DNA of 32,000 nt, from positions 8,910,001 through 8,942,000 of the forward strand of contig NZ_CP042911.1 of assembly GCF_008065095.1 (NCBI RefSeq), in the 5' to 3' direction. Below the pieces are notes generated by a model, which made no database searches, was not told the DNA's origin, and saw only the letters and a program-made list of their open reading frames with translations. Origin of the DNA: Gemmata obscuriglobus (lineage in GTDB: Bacteria > Planctomycetota > Planctomycetia > Gemmatales > Gemmataceae). This document shows, one piece after another, positions 1 through 8,860 of the stretch. A program made the position numbers and the translations under genes. Each line of letters begins with the position of its first letter. The stretch's first letter is position 1.

Positions 1-875
1 TCGTCGGCTCGCTCGACGCGTTCGAGCACACGGCCCCGGCGAAAAACCTGCGTTTGGACCCTGAAGGCGCACGGGTCGGGCGCGACGGAACCGTGCACCT
101 CTCAGACGAGTACGGTCCGGGGCTGTACGCGTTCAACCAAAGCGGTACGCGGGTCGCGAGTTTGCCAATGCCGGCTCACTTCTTGGCGCCGAAACCCGGG
201 AAGATGCCGGCTGACGAATTACCGCCGAAGAGCGCATCGGGCCGGCAACCGAATCGCGGCATGGAAGGGCTCGCAATTTCCCCGGACGGCAAAAAGCTGT
301 TCGGGATCATGCAAAGCCCGCTCATCCAGGACGGCGCACTCGACGACAAAAACAACCGCACGGGCCTCAACTGCCGCATCCTCGAACTCGACCTCACGAC
401 CCAGAAATCTCGCGAGTTCGTGTACCCGCTCGAAAACGCCGGGTACGGCGTGAATGAGATCCTGGCGGTCAACGATCACGAGTTCCTCGTGCTGGAGCGA
501 GACGGCAAAGGCGGTAACGAAGCCGAGTTCAAGCGGCTCTATCTGATCGATCTGACGGACGCGACTGACGTGAGCGCAGTGGCCGCGCTACCTGCGAAGG
601 GCTTGCCCGGAGCCGTAAAGTCTGTGAAGAAAAAGCCGTTCCTGGACCTGCTCGCGAAGAAGTACGGAATCGCGGGGCCGGAATGCCCCGAAAAGTTCGA
701 GGGGTTGGCGTTCGGCCCCGACCTGCCCGACGGGCGCCGACTGCTACTCGTGACCGCAGACAACGACTTTCTCGCGAACAAGCCGTTCCGGGTGTATGCG
801 TTCGCGGTGGATCGGGGCGAATTGCCGGGCTTCCGGCCGCAGCAGTTCGATCCGCAGCCACTCAAGAAGCGTTAG
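1..875 (+). CDS. phytase-like esterase family protein (5' partial, continues upstream of the window)
   Basis: The frame is open from nt 3 to the TAG at 873-875, so the TTG at 54 in the ORF track is probably internal. The sequence (NRGMEGLAISPDGKKLFGIMQSPLIQDG, LVLERDG, EKFEGLAF, LLLVTADNDF) matches my recollection of the 'esterase-like activity of phytase' beta-propeller family. Confidence 0.75.
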   Translation, partial: VGSLDAFEHTAPAKNLRLDPEGARVGRDGTVHLSDEYGPGLYAFNQSGTRVASLPMPAHFLAPKPGKMPADELPPKSASGRQPNRGMEGLAISPDGKKLFGIMQSPLIQDGALDDKNNRTGLNCRILELDLTTQKSREFVYPLENAGYGVNEILAVNDHEFLVLERDGKGGNEAEFKRLYLIDLTDATDVSAVAALPAKGLPGAVKSVKKKPFLDLLAKKYGIAGPECPEKFEGLAFGPDLPDGRRLLLVTADNDFLANKPFRVYAFAVDRGELPGFRPQQFDPQPLKKR

Positions 876-901
876 CCGCCGGCCGTGCCCCGTACATACG
901 C

Positions 902-1888
902 TCAGCGGCCGAGGTGCAACAACAATTCACGCTGCCGTAACGCCTGGAGCCGCTTCAGCCCGCCGCACCGCTCCAGGTACTCTGTGAAGTCACTCACGCC
1001 GAAAAGGTGATCGTCCAGGAACTGCGCGTGAGCGGCAGGGTCCTTCTCGACTTCCATCCAGAGTTTGAGGTGTTCCTCGTCCGAGAAGTACTCACCCGGC
1101 ATGTTCCCGGGGTACGACCCGTAGGGCACCTCGCACACCGCGTCCACGCACAGGAACGGGATCTGTGTCCGGTGCGGGTCGCGGCGCATCTCGTCGTGCG
1201 GCACCAACCGCTCGCAGGTGATAATGACCTTCTTCGCCGCTCGCGCGAGGTCCACGTCGGCGACCGAGGTGCCGCTGAAGCGACAGTTGCCGTACCGGTC
1301 GGCCTCGTGAACGTGGATCGCCGCCACATCGGGATACAGGGCCGGCACCGCGACCAGTTTCTCGCCGGTAAACGGGCACTGAATTTCCTTCGCCGGGCCG
1401 TGTGCGAGCGTGTCGGTCCCGAGCAGCGAGCGGGCCGGAACGAACGGCACACCCATCGCGGCCGCGGTGTACCGCAGCGCGAGTGTGTAGTTCGACCACT
1501 CCGCCACGTCCAGCGCCCCTGACTCCATTACACGCCGGGCGTGGGCCGACAGCCCCCGCGCCTCCAGACCGACGACGTAAGCCGCGTCGACGCGATTGAG
1601 CAACTGCCCGCGGCCCGTCAGGTTGCCGGCGCAGAGGATCTGGAAGTCGTGGGTGGTCGTATGACCCGAAAACCCGAGGTTCTGCCGCCTCTGGCGGACG
1701 ATCTCGTGGCACACCGCCGTCGGGATGCGGTTCGCCCCGAACCCGCCGGTGGCGAAGTAATCGCCGTCGCGCACGAAGCGCGAAACGGCTTCGCTCACGG
1801 ACATTATTTTGTCGACAAGGCCGCGCGGCTTGGCCGCAAACGCGGCCCTCGCCTCGTCGGACGCGGGAGAGGTGAAGAGGGTAGTCAT
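902..1888 (-). CDS. CoA-transferase family protein (glutaconate/3-oxoacid CoA-transferase subunit A-like)
   Basis: The ORF is 902..1996. I place the start at ATG 1888 (MTTLFTS...). Family-like motifs are KIMSVSEAVSRFVRDGDYFATGGFG, GLEARG and the HVHEADRYGN region. No partner B subunit lies next to it. Confidence 0.7.
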   Translation of the reverse strand: MTTLFTSPASDEARAAFAAKPRGLVDKIMSVSEAVSRFVRDGDYFATGGFGANRIPTAVCHEIVRQRRQNLGFSGHTTTHDFQILCAGNLTGRGQLLNRVDAAYVVGLEARGLSAHARRVMESGALDVAEWSNYTLALRYTAAAMGVPFVPARSLLGTDTLAHGPAKEIQCPFTGEKLVAVPALYPDVAAIHVHEADRYGNCRFSGTSVADVDLARAAKKVIITCERLVPHDEMRRDPHRTQIPFLCVDAVCEVPYGSYPGNMPGEYFSDEEHLKLWMEVEKDPAAHAQFLDDHLFGVSDFTEYLERCGGLKRLQALRQRELLLHLGR

Positions 1889-2008
1889 GCAGAAGAATTT
1901 ACCCTCCGGTCGGCACGAGCGGGCAGAGATTTTAAAGGCAAAAGAACGGCTCTTTGTCTTTGAAATTTCCGCCCGTCCGCACCGACCAGATGGCAAATTT
2001 CCGCGCGA

Positions 2009-2440
2009 TCAGTCGTGGTACTCTTTAACCAACTTACGAAACCGTGGGTCCTTGCGGATCGAATCGAGGTCGTGGTCTTCGAGCATGAACGCGAAGTCGC
2101 GGTACCCCAGTTCGACCGCCCTGCGGAGCGTCGAAATGGCCTTGTCGCGCTGTTTGAGGAGCGCGTACCGGCACGCGAGGTTGTAGTGGGCCGTCGGGTC
2201 GTGTGGGCGCACCGTCACGAGCTGCCGGTCCACGGCGAGCCCGTCCTGCATTCGCCCCTTCAGCGTCAGGTTACACGCCTGCGCCCGGAGGACGTCTGCG
2301 AAGTCCGGTATGGTCGCCAGCAGTTTCCCGTAAAACTCGAGCTCGAAATCCAGTTGGGTTCTCTCGGCTAGCAGGCCAAGAACCGAGCCCGGTGGGAACG
2401 AACTGGCACCGGTCTGGCTCGGACGCTTGGGGTGCGGCAT
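2009..2440 (-). CDS. TPR-like repeat protein
   Basis: The ORF is 2009..2470 and ATG 2440 is the likely start. The C-terminus (AHYNLACRYALLKQRDKAISTLRRAVELGYRDFAFMLEDHDLDSIRKDPRFRKLV) is a typical terminal TPR module. Confidence 0.6.
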   Translation of the reverse strand: MPHPKRPSQTGASSFPPGSVLGLLAERTQLDFELEFYGKLLATIPDFADVLRAQACNLTLKGRMQDGLAVDRQLVTVRPHDPTAHYNLACRYALLKQRDKAISTLRRAVELGYRDFAFMLEDHDLDSIRKDPRFRKLVKEYHD

Positions 2441-2575
2441 GAAACAGCCCCCGGGATGTGCCGCGGGCAAGAATAGGGACTCGCGGCACTTGCCAAATTA
2501 TACCCGTGTCCCGCAGCCTATGCAAACGCACACCTCGCGGGGAACGCGTTTGCCCGGTCGGGTTGTAACGCCCCC

Positions 2576-3343
2576 TCAATCCGGCTTCACGATCAGCCGG
2601 TAGCCGAAATTCGGTCCGCCCAGGTCATGGGCGTCGATGAGCGAGACGTAGTAAGCGCCGTCCCCGGGCAGCGTGAGCGTGACAACCGGATCGGCCGAGC
2701 CGTCCGCGTCATCGACGGTGTCGAGGATATTACGGTTCGCGTCGCAAACGGTAAGGAACCCGTCGAGCGGCGAGCCGAAGCGGGCCGCCTGCACCTCGAT
2801 CCGCACTTTTTGCCCCTTCTTCCCCACGAACTTGAACACATCCACGTCGCGTTCGCCCTTGATCGTACCTTCCACTGCGACCGGGAGTGCGATCAGTTGC
2901 GCGGAGCCGAACGCGCCGTTGTCTTCCTTTTCCGCAGCCGTCGGGAGGTTATCGCGAACGAGGAGGCGGTACTCGTTCGAGTCGCTCGCGCCCGCTGCGA
3001 TCAGTTTCACGGCGCCGGGCTTCGCGTCGTTCGGCAGTTCTAACTCGATTTCCACCTCGGAATCGCCGACGCGGTCCGCCGGATAGTTGTTCGGCACCCC
3101 AACAGCCTTCGCGCCGATCACCCGGACCTTCGCGCCGTCGGCGCCGACAACCTTCACGTCCTTGACGGACGCAAGGTGCCTCCCGCGGAGCGCGAGCTTC
3201 TGTTTCTGTCCCGGCTTCACCACCAAGGGTATCGAGTACAGAACCTTCGGCGGCGGTTCCTTCTTGGGCTCGGCCTTCTTCTCCTGGGAAGAAGTCGCGG
3301 CGCAAACGGCGAGAAGCGAAACGATCGAAACGAGAGATCGCAT
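2576..3343 (-). CDS. secreted protein with C-terminal pre-peptidase (PPC) domain
   Basis: There is an N-terminal signal peptide (MRSLVSIVSLLAVCAATSS). The C-terminal PPC-like block is GERDVDVFKFVGKKGQKVRIEVQAARFGSPLDGFLTVCD...GDGAYYVSL...GYRLIV. An alternative GTG start lies at 3379. Confidence 0.7.
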   Translation of the reverse strand: MRSLVSIVSLLAVCAATSSQEKKAEPKKEPPPKVLYSIPLVVKPGQKQKLALRGRHLASVKDVKVVGADGAKVRVIGAKAVGVPNNYPADRVGDSEVEIELELPNDAKPGAVKLIAAGASDSNEYRLLVRDNLPTAAEKEDNGAFGSAQLIALPVAVEGTIKGERDVDVFKFVGKKGQKVRIEVQAARFGSPLDGFLTVCDANRNILDTVDDADGSADPVVTLTLPGDGAYYVSLIDAHDLGGPNFGYRLIVKPD

Positions 3344-3406
3344 GAGCGGCACCAGAAACCGAAAGGCAAAGATCCGCACCGGGTCCGGGAGTCACAACGA
3401 TTGCGG

Positions 3407-4651
3407 TCACTGAGCCAGCTTCGCGAGTTCATCGGCCAGAACCTTCATGGTCTCCTTCTGGCGCTGGCGAACGAACTCGCGGGCCTTCGCGGCCTTCTCC
3501 TGCGCCGCCTTCGGGTCGGCGGCCAGGGCGAGTACCGTTTCGGCCACCCGCCCGCGGTCCTTATCCTCGTCCATGTTGAACAGCCAGTCTTTGAGCCCGA
3601 TGTCGGCCCACATGAACCCCTTCGACGTCTGTTCCGCCCACCGGCACACGACCGCGGGCACGCCGTTGCCGACGCACATGATCGGCGAGTGCATCTCGTT
3701 GCCGAACAGCCCCGCGGAGCGGACGTAGGTGCTCAGCGCCTCGTCGGTGAGCCAGTAGTCCCCGCGCCACACGACGGATTTTTTCACGTCCGCCGGCAGC
3801 GGGTCTACGAGCAGCTCTTTCCCCACAGCCATTTGGCTCCGGTCCTCCGGTCACACCAACACCTTCAGCCCGGTCTTCTTCACCACGGCAGTGATGGCGT
3901 CGCGCAGCGGCGCGTGGTCCTGCTCCTTTTTGGCCTCGTTCGTTTTGTGCTTGGCCTCGTCCTCGGCGGTCATTTTGCGGTCGTGGATCTTCCAGTACGG
4001 TGTGTACCGCAACCGCGGGATGCAGCACAGGAACTTGCCGCTCTCCAACCCGTTCACCTTCAAAGATGTCTCGGCGGCGCGGTCGTCCCGCACGTCCGTC
4101 GCGAACGCCCCGTCGGGGCCGAATTCCATGACCGGGCACTTCGCGCCGCGGTCCTTGGCGAGTTTGAGTGACACGGAGTCGCGGAAGAAGCAGAACTTCG
4201 CACCGCTGATGAGGTCGAGCGCCGGTTCGGAAGGGACGGGAAGCGTGATGCCATACACGCCGTAAGGCTTCTGCGTTTCCTTCCGCCAGCGGGCCAGGTC
4301 CTTGGCCGCGACCAGCGACGGCCCGGACCCGTGCAAAAAGAAGTCGCATTCCGCGAACGCCGCTTTCAGCGCGGCGTCGCCTTGCACGATCACGAGCTTC
4401 GGGAACCGCTTCTTCAGCAGTTCCGCGACGCCATCGTCCACCTTCGACGGCCACAGCCGCACCTCGGCGCCGGGAACGTGCGTTTCGAGCAGCGCGAGGA
4501 CGCCGGGCGTGTGAGCGATGTCGCCGATGTTCACCGTCTGCCACGAGGAGCGCAGCAGCACCCGCGGGGCGCGTTTCGCTCCGGCCCACAGCGATCCCCC
4601 GACCGCGCACGCGCCCCCGGCTGCGAGGAGTTGCCTTCGCGTGATGCCCAT
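3407..4651 (-). CDS. polysaccharide pyruvyl transferase family protein with Tat signal, interrupted by one in-frame TGA (3851-3853); Sec/readthrough candidate or recent pseudogene
   Basis: ORF-track pieces 3851..4651 and 3407..3832 are in the same frame. They are separated only by the TGA plus six sense codons (..[21 protein letters not shown]..). A GGAGGA Shine-Dalgarno precedes ATG 4651. The N-terminus is [19 protein letters not shown] (twin-arginine). The C piece carries the family core [19 protein letters not shown]. Confidence 0.6.
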
Positions 4652-4741
4652 TCGTAATCCTCCAGTGTACGGTCGCGCGAGCGGGTCGGTATATTGTGCG
4701 CGCGGACGCTACGCACCACAACGCACCGAAAAGAGGAACCG

Positions 4742-5218
4742 ATGCCGACGCCTCAGGAACTCGCCGACCAGTACCTCGCGGGTGCCGCGCAGTTACGCGC
4801 CGCAGTTGCCGGAATGACCCGCGAACAGCTCCTCGCCCGACCGGTCGCGGGGCGCTGGTCCGCGATGGAGGTGGTGTGCCACCTCAGTGACTTTGACCTG
4901 ATCCTCGCGGACCGGATGAAGCGCATCATCGCGATGGCGGCCGAGGTGCCGCTGCTGCTCGTCGCGGACGAAGACCTGTTCGTAAAGGGACTGGGCTACC
5001 ATGCCCGCGACCTGGAAGAGGAACTCGCGGTGGTGGAATCGATCCGGCGACAGATGGCCCGAATCATCGGCGGGCTGACACCGGAACAGCTCCAACTGAC
5101 GGGCAACCACAACAAGCGCGGGCTGATGACGCTCGAGAAGATCATCGGGATGGCGACCAACCACATCCCGCACCACGTCTCGTTTTTGATGGAGAAGCGC
5201 AAAGCTCTCGGGCTGTAG
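4742..5218 (+). CDS. DinB-family protein (DinB_2 / four-helix-bundle metal-dependent fold)
   Basis: ATG 4742 is preceded by AAGAGGAA. The sequence has WSAMEVVCHLSDFDLILADRMKRI and a C-terminal HIPHH, both typical DinB-like His-containing helices. Confidence 0.7.
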   Translation: MPTPQELADQYLAGAAQLRAAVAGMTREQLLARPVAGRWSAMEVVCHLSDFDLILADRMKRIIAMAAEVPLLLVADEDLFVKGLGYHARDLEEELAVVESIRRQMARIIGGLTPEQLQLTGNHNKRGLMTLEKIIGMATNHIPHHVSFLMEKRKALGL

Positions 5219-5232
5219 TCGAAAGGCAGACG

Positions 5233-5350
5233 GGCCACAAAAAAGCACAAAGGGCACAAAAGGAAACCACAGACGAAGACAAGAGAAGTGCTTTAAACTG
5301 ACTCTTGTTTCTGTGGTTTCCTTTTGTGCCCTTTGTGCTTTTTTGTGGCC
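5233..5350. repeat. 118-nt palindromic element: perfect 40-bp arms (5233-5272 / 5311-5350) plus an inner 7-bp extension (5279-5285 / 5302-5308)
   Basis: Read directly from the sequence. ggccacaaaaaagcacaaagggcacaaaaggaaaccacag and its exact reverse complement lie between the convergent stops at 5218 (+) and 5387 (-). The element is locally AT-rich in a GC-rich genome. It is a probable bidirectional terminator or REP-like element. Confidence 0.8.
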
Positions 5351-5386
5351 AATCTCCTGCTTCTTTAACGGCCAATCTGCCCGTTG

Positions 5387-8300
5387 TTACTTGTCCGCGC
5401 GGAACTGAAGTAGTCCCATGCCCTCCGGGCGCGGGTCGTGATCGGCCGGACCGCTCCACGACTGAACCCCGGCGCCGGGCACGAACCGCGACACGTTCAC
5501 CGCCCACGTTTTCCCGTGCGCGGGCCGCTCGCCGGTCAGCTCGACCAGCGGGATCGCGAGTTCCGCCGTCCAGCCGGTATCGGTCGAGTTGAACGCGACG
5601 TGGTACTTCGGGTTCCAGCTCCGGTCGCCCCAGCAGTCCTCGGCCAGGCAGCCGCGGTGGTCGATCTGGAACCGGTAGTACGTTTGGTAGTCGCGGTCCA
5701 TGTCGAGCAGAATGTCCACGCGGTCGCGCCCGCTCAGGTCGGCGTCGCGAACGCGCTTCGCCACGGGCTCGGCCTTCTTACCCGCCGGGTGGTCGCACTT
5801 CACCGCGATGTACAGGTAGCGCTCGTCGTAGCTGAACCAGCTTTCGGTCTTGTAGCTCTCGCCGAACGCCTTCGCCTCGTCGGGCTTGTCGCCCGCCGAC
5901 GCAGTTACCTTCAGGGGCATGACCTTCGCGCTGCGCGTCCAGCACGCGTCGTCGAGCTTCCCGTCGAGGAGCGGGCGGGTGTCGGTGAGCCGGCAGTAGC
6001 CGACCGGCTTGGACGGCGCGGGACCGCCGGTCGGGTTCGCGAGCCACAACTCCGCCGCGAGACAGTCACGCCACGGGTCCACGCCCGGGGCCAGCGCGAG
6101 CGCCTGCGGCGTGTGTTTGAAGTAGTCGTTGATGAACGCGGTCGCCTTATCGTGGTTGCCGACCTGGCGGTGGGCGGCGAGGAAGCACAGCCACGCAGCC
6201 GGGTCCCGCGCGTACGCCGGCCCGAATGCGGACAGCTTCGGCTCCAGGTCCAGGCACGTCTGGTGCCACTTCAGGATCATGTTCGGGCTGTAGAACCGGT
6301 ACACGTCTTCGGTCGTATTCGCGCTCCCGACACTGGCCGCGACGCCGGAAGCGGGGGTCAACTTGACCTCACCGACGCCATTCGAGTTGACCCGGACGCC
6401 ATTCGCTTCGAACGTTGTCGACTGAAGCAACATCTTCTGCTGGATCTCTGTGCGCCGGCGGGCCTCGGTGCTCGCGTGGTACCGGGTGAGCCAGCGGAAC
6501 GCCTCAACCGACAGCGGGTGCCCGGTGTAGTTCGCGGTAAGCACACCGAACACCTCGCGGGCCTCGACCCACTTGCCCTCGCGCGCCAGCCGCGTGCCGA
6601 CCGCGAACGCAGTCCGCGCCGCCACGTCGTCGGGGAGCTTCTTGAGCTCCGTGTTGAGCGCCCCGAGCAGCTTGTCCGCGCCGCCCATTTCGGCGTCCAC
6701 CACCCCGGCCAGCGTTTCGAGGCGGCGTCGCGCCTGCACGGCCTTCTGCTTCTCGGTCGCGGCGGTCGGGTCGAAGGAGGCAACAGCGGAGCGCCGGGCC
6801 ACGCCGCCCGGGGCCAGCGAGATGCCCTCCATCAGGGACGTGTGCGCGTCCGCACCCTGGAGCCGGTGCGCAACGAGTACGAAGCACCGCCGGTCGGTGA
6901 CGGCCGCATCGCCCGCCAGTACGCGCGTAGCAGCCTCGGCGAAGTCCCGCGGCGAATCGTTAAGGCGGTTACTGAACACGCTCTGGTCCAGTTTGATGGG
7001 AGCGGTCTTCGGATCGCCCGCGAGCGCGTACAGCTTTTTCGCGCCCCACGGCTTCAGGCCCAGCGTTGCGATCTGTTCGGGGAAGCAGGTCGGATCGGCG
7101 GCCTGCTTGAACGCCTCCTTAGCGGCGTTCAGCACGAGCGCGTCGGCCGGAGTGGTGTCGTTCGCGAACAGGTCGCACACGATCACTTCCGGCTGCCACA
7201 CGCGGATCGCGAGGACCGCTTGGCGCAAAAGCTGCCCGTTGGCCTGGCCCCCGTGCGCCCGGTCCCAGGTGCCGAGCAGTTCACGCGCGGGCAGCCCGGC
7301 GGCGTGAGCCGCGAGGGGAAACGCCCACCCGCTCTCACCGACCGCGCCGCCCGCGAGCCGCATCGCGTACCGAGCACGAAGCCCGTCGCTCGCCCGCTTC
7401 GGATCCGCGGTCGCGGGGTCGGCATTCGTGAGGGCGGTGGCGGCGCAGAGGTAGCCGTCGGCCGCGCCGATGGCGGCGACCACGTCGAGCGGGGTACTCT
7501 TCCCGCTGGCGTGGAGGAAGAGTGTCGCGGCCCGCTGGCCGCCGAGGCGCTGCGTTTTCCACGTCTTACCGCCGTCGATCGTACCCAGGACGCACCCCAG
7601 ATCGCCGACGATCCAGCCTTCCTTCTCGCTGACGAAGTGGATCCCGTTCGCAGGCACGGTCAACTCCGTCTTCTGGACCTCCCAGGTCTTACCCAGGTCC
7701 GCGCTGTGCAGCACGAACCCGCCCGGGCGACCCGCGACCCACACGTGCGTCCCGTAGGCGGCCACGCACTTAAAATCGCAGGACGCCAGCGCCTGAGCCG
7801 GCAGCCCGAGATCCACGTAACCCCACTTCCGCCCGCCGTCGGAGCTGGTCAGCACCGCGCCGCCGTCGCACGCGGCGAACGCACACCCCCACCCCTTCAC
7901 GCCGTGGTTGGGCGCGTACGCGACCCCGTGGACGCCGCGCCCGGCGAGCGGGTCGAGTTCGGCGTCGTGGTACGCGACCGCCACGCCCGAACGCGGGAGC
8001 AGCACTTCCCCGAGCTTTCCCCACGCACCCGCGACGAGTATGCCGCTCCGTTCGCACACCGCGGCCGCGCGACACGACGGCAGGCGAGGGCCCTTAATGG
8101 AGTCCCAGGTGGCGCCACCGTCGGTCGTGACGAACACGCCGGTGGGGAACGCATCTGAGCCGTCCCCACACACCATCCCGAGTTTCTCGTCGACGAAGCG
8201 GATCGCGTTCAGCCCGGGCATCACGTTCGTGCCCACCTCGGCCCACCCCAGGCCGCCGTCGGTGGTTTTCAGCAGCACGCCCACGGAACCGGAAGGCGTA

Positions 8301-8575
8301 TCAACGCGGCCGACAGCCCAACCGGTATACGGGTTAACGAAATGCAGCCCGCGGAGGCTGGCCCGGGTGCCGGTCTTCTGCCGCTCCCACTGCTTCCCGC
8401 CGTCGACGGTGTGCCACACGGCCCCGTCGTCGCCGCACGCCCAGCCCTCGCTCGCGTCCACGAACTGGACCGCGTGCAGTCCCGCGTCGTCGAACGCGAC
8501 CGCCGGCTGGGCGGCAGCGGGGACCGCCGCCGCGACCAGAACCGCGAGCGCGAGAAATAGCCGAACCCGATTCAT
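5387..8575 (-). CDS. large secreted multidomain protein: N-terminal BNR/Ycf48-like repeats, central LmbE/PIG-L-like region lacking the catalytic motif, C-terminal CBM9/DOMON-like domain
   Basis: The signal peptide is MNRVRLFLALAVLVAAAVPAAAQ, starting at ATG 8575. There are six D/S-x-G-G-x-x-W type repeats (VDGGKQW, TDGGLGW, TDGGATW, SDGGRKW, ADLGKTW, IDGGKTW). The C-terminus has LDGKLDDACW ... YLYIAVKC ... YYRFQID ... GWTAELAIPL. Confidence 0.7.
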   Translation of the reverse strand: MNRVRLFLALAVLVAAAVPAAAQPAVAFDDAGLHAVQFVDASEGWACGDDGAVWHTVDGGKQWERQKTGTRASLRGLHFVNPYTGWAVGRVDTPSGSVGVLLKTTDGGLGWAEVGTNVMPGLNAIRFVDEKLGMVCGDGSDAFPTGVFVTTDGGATWDSIKGPRLPSCRAAAVCERSGILVAGAWGKLGEVLLPRSGVAVAYHDAELDPLAGRGVHGVAYAPNHGVKGWGCAFAACDGGAVLTSSDGGRKWGYVDLGLPAQALASCDFKCVAAYGTHVWVAGRPGGFVLHSADLGKTWEVQKTELTVPANGIHFVSEKEGWIVGDLGCVLGTIDGGKTWKTQRLGGQRAATLFLHASGKSTPLDVVAAIGAADGYLCAATALTNADPATADPKRASDGLRARYAMRLAGGAVGESGWAFPLAAHAAGLPARELLGTWDRAHGGQANGQLLRQAVLAIRVWQPEVIVCDLFANDTTPADALVLNAAKEAFKQAADPTCFPEQIATLGLKPWGAKKLYALAGDPKTAPIKLDQSVFSNRLNDSPRDFAEAATRVLAGDAAVTDRRCFVLVAHRLQGADAHTSLMEGISLAPGGVARRSAVASFDPTAATEKQKAVQARRRLETLAGVVDAEMGGADKLLGALNTELKKLPDDVAARTAFAVGTRLAREGKWVEAREVFGVLTANYTGHPLSVEAFRWLTRYHASTEARRRTEIQQKMLLQSTTFEANGVRVNSNGVGEVKLTPASGVAASVGSANTTEDVYRFYSPNMILKWHQTCLDLEPKLSAFGPAYARDPAAWLCFLAAHRQVGNHDKATAFINDYFKHTPQALALAPGVDPWRDCLAAELWLANPTGGPAPSKPVGYCRLTDTRPLLDGKLDDACWTRSAKVMPLKVTASAGDKPDEAKAFGESYKTESWFSYDERYLYIAVKCDHPAGKKAEPVAKRVRDADLSGRDRVDILLDMDRDYQTYYRFQIDHRGCLAEDCWGDRSWNPKYHVAFNSTDTGWTAELAIPLVELTGERPAHGKTWAVNVSRFVPGAGVQSWSGPADHDPRPEGMGLLQFRADK

Positions 8576-8860
8576 GCTCCGCTCCACCGGGGGCACCTCT
8601 CAACCGCACCGAGAGGCGTGGGGGGTGGGGTAATAGGCAAGAGCGGAAAAGGATGCTAGATGAGTTTGAGGGGCACGACGGCGGGCTCGGCAAAAATCAC
8701 GAACGAATACACGATAAATGATGTAGCATCCCCTGGTAACGCAAGCGGGAGGGATGCGACATTGGCCCACGCGCCGCTCGTCAACCCTCGCAGCCATCAT
8801 CCGGGGGTGCGAGCGACAGAGCCGCACAACCATCAGCTCACTTACCGCGGAGGGCGTGTT

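Noticed and set aside
2461-2552. Two short inverted repeats (GTGCCGCG/CGCGGCAC and GCAAACGC/GCGTTTGC) downstream of the minus-strand PPC gene
   Set aside because: The stems are only 8 bp with large loops and no U-tract. They may be weak terminators, but this is not distinctive enough to call.
5438-8158. 906-aa plus-strand ORF, and similar long ORFs at 16198..18378 (-), 9853..11100 (-), 13434..14990 (+), 8903..9931 (-), 21332..22699 (-), 27388..28506 (-), 3561..4721 (-), 24790..25713 (-) and 30845..31822 (-)
   Set aside because: Each lies antisense to, or out of frame with, a gene that has clear family motifs. Their translations are Arg/Gly/Pro/Ala-rich with no recognisable domains. This is the usual stop-codon-poor artefact of high-GC DNA.
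8660-8860. Longer N-terminal extension of the thioredoxin-fold protein (start at 8660)
   Set aside because: The extension (MSLRGTTAGSAKITNEYTINDV...) has no signal or TM character and would occupy most of the divergent promoter region. GTG 8861 gives a sensible N-terminal membrane anchor. The start is still uncertain.
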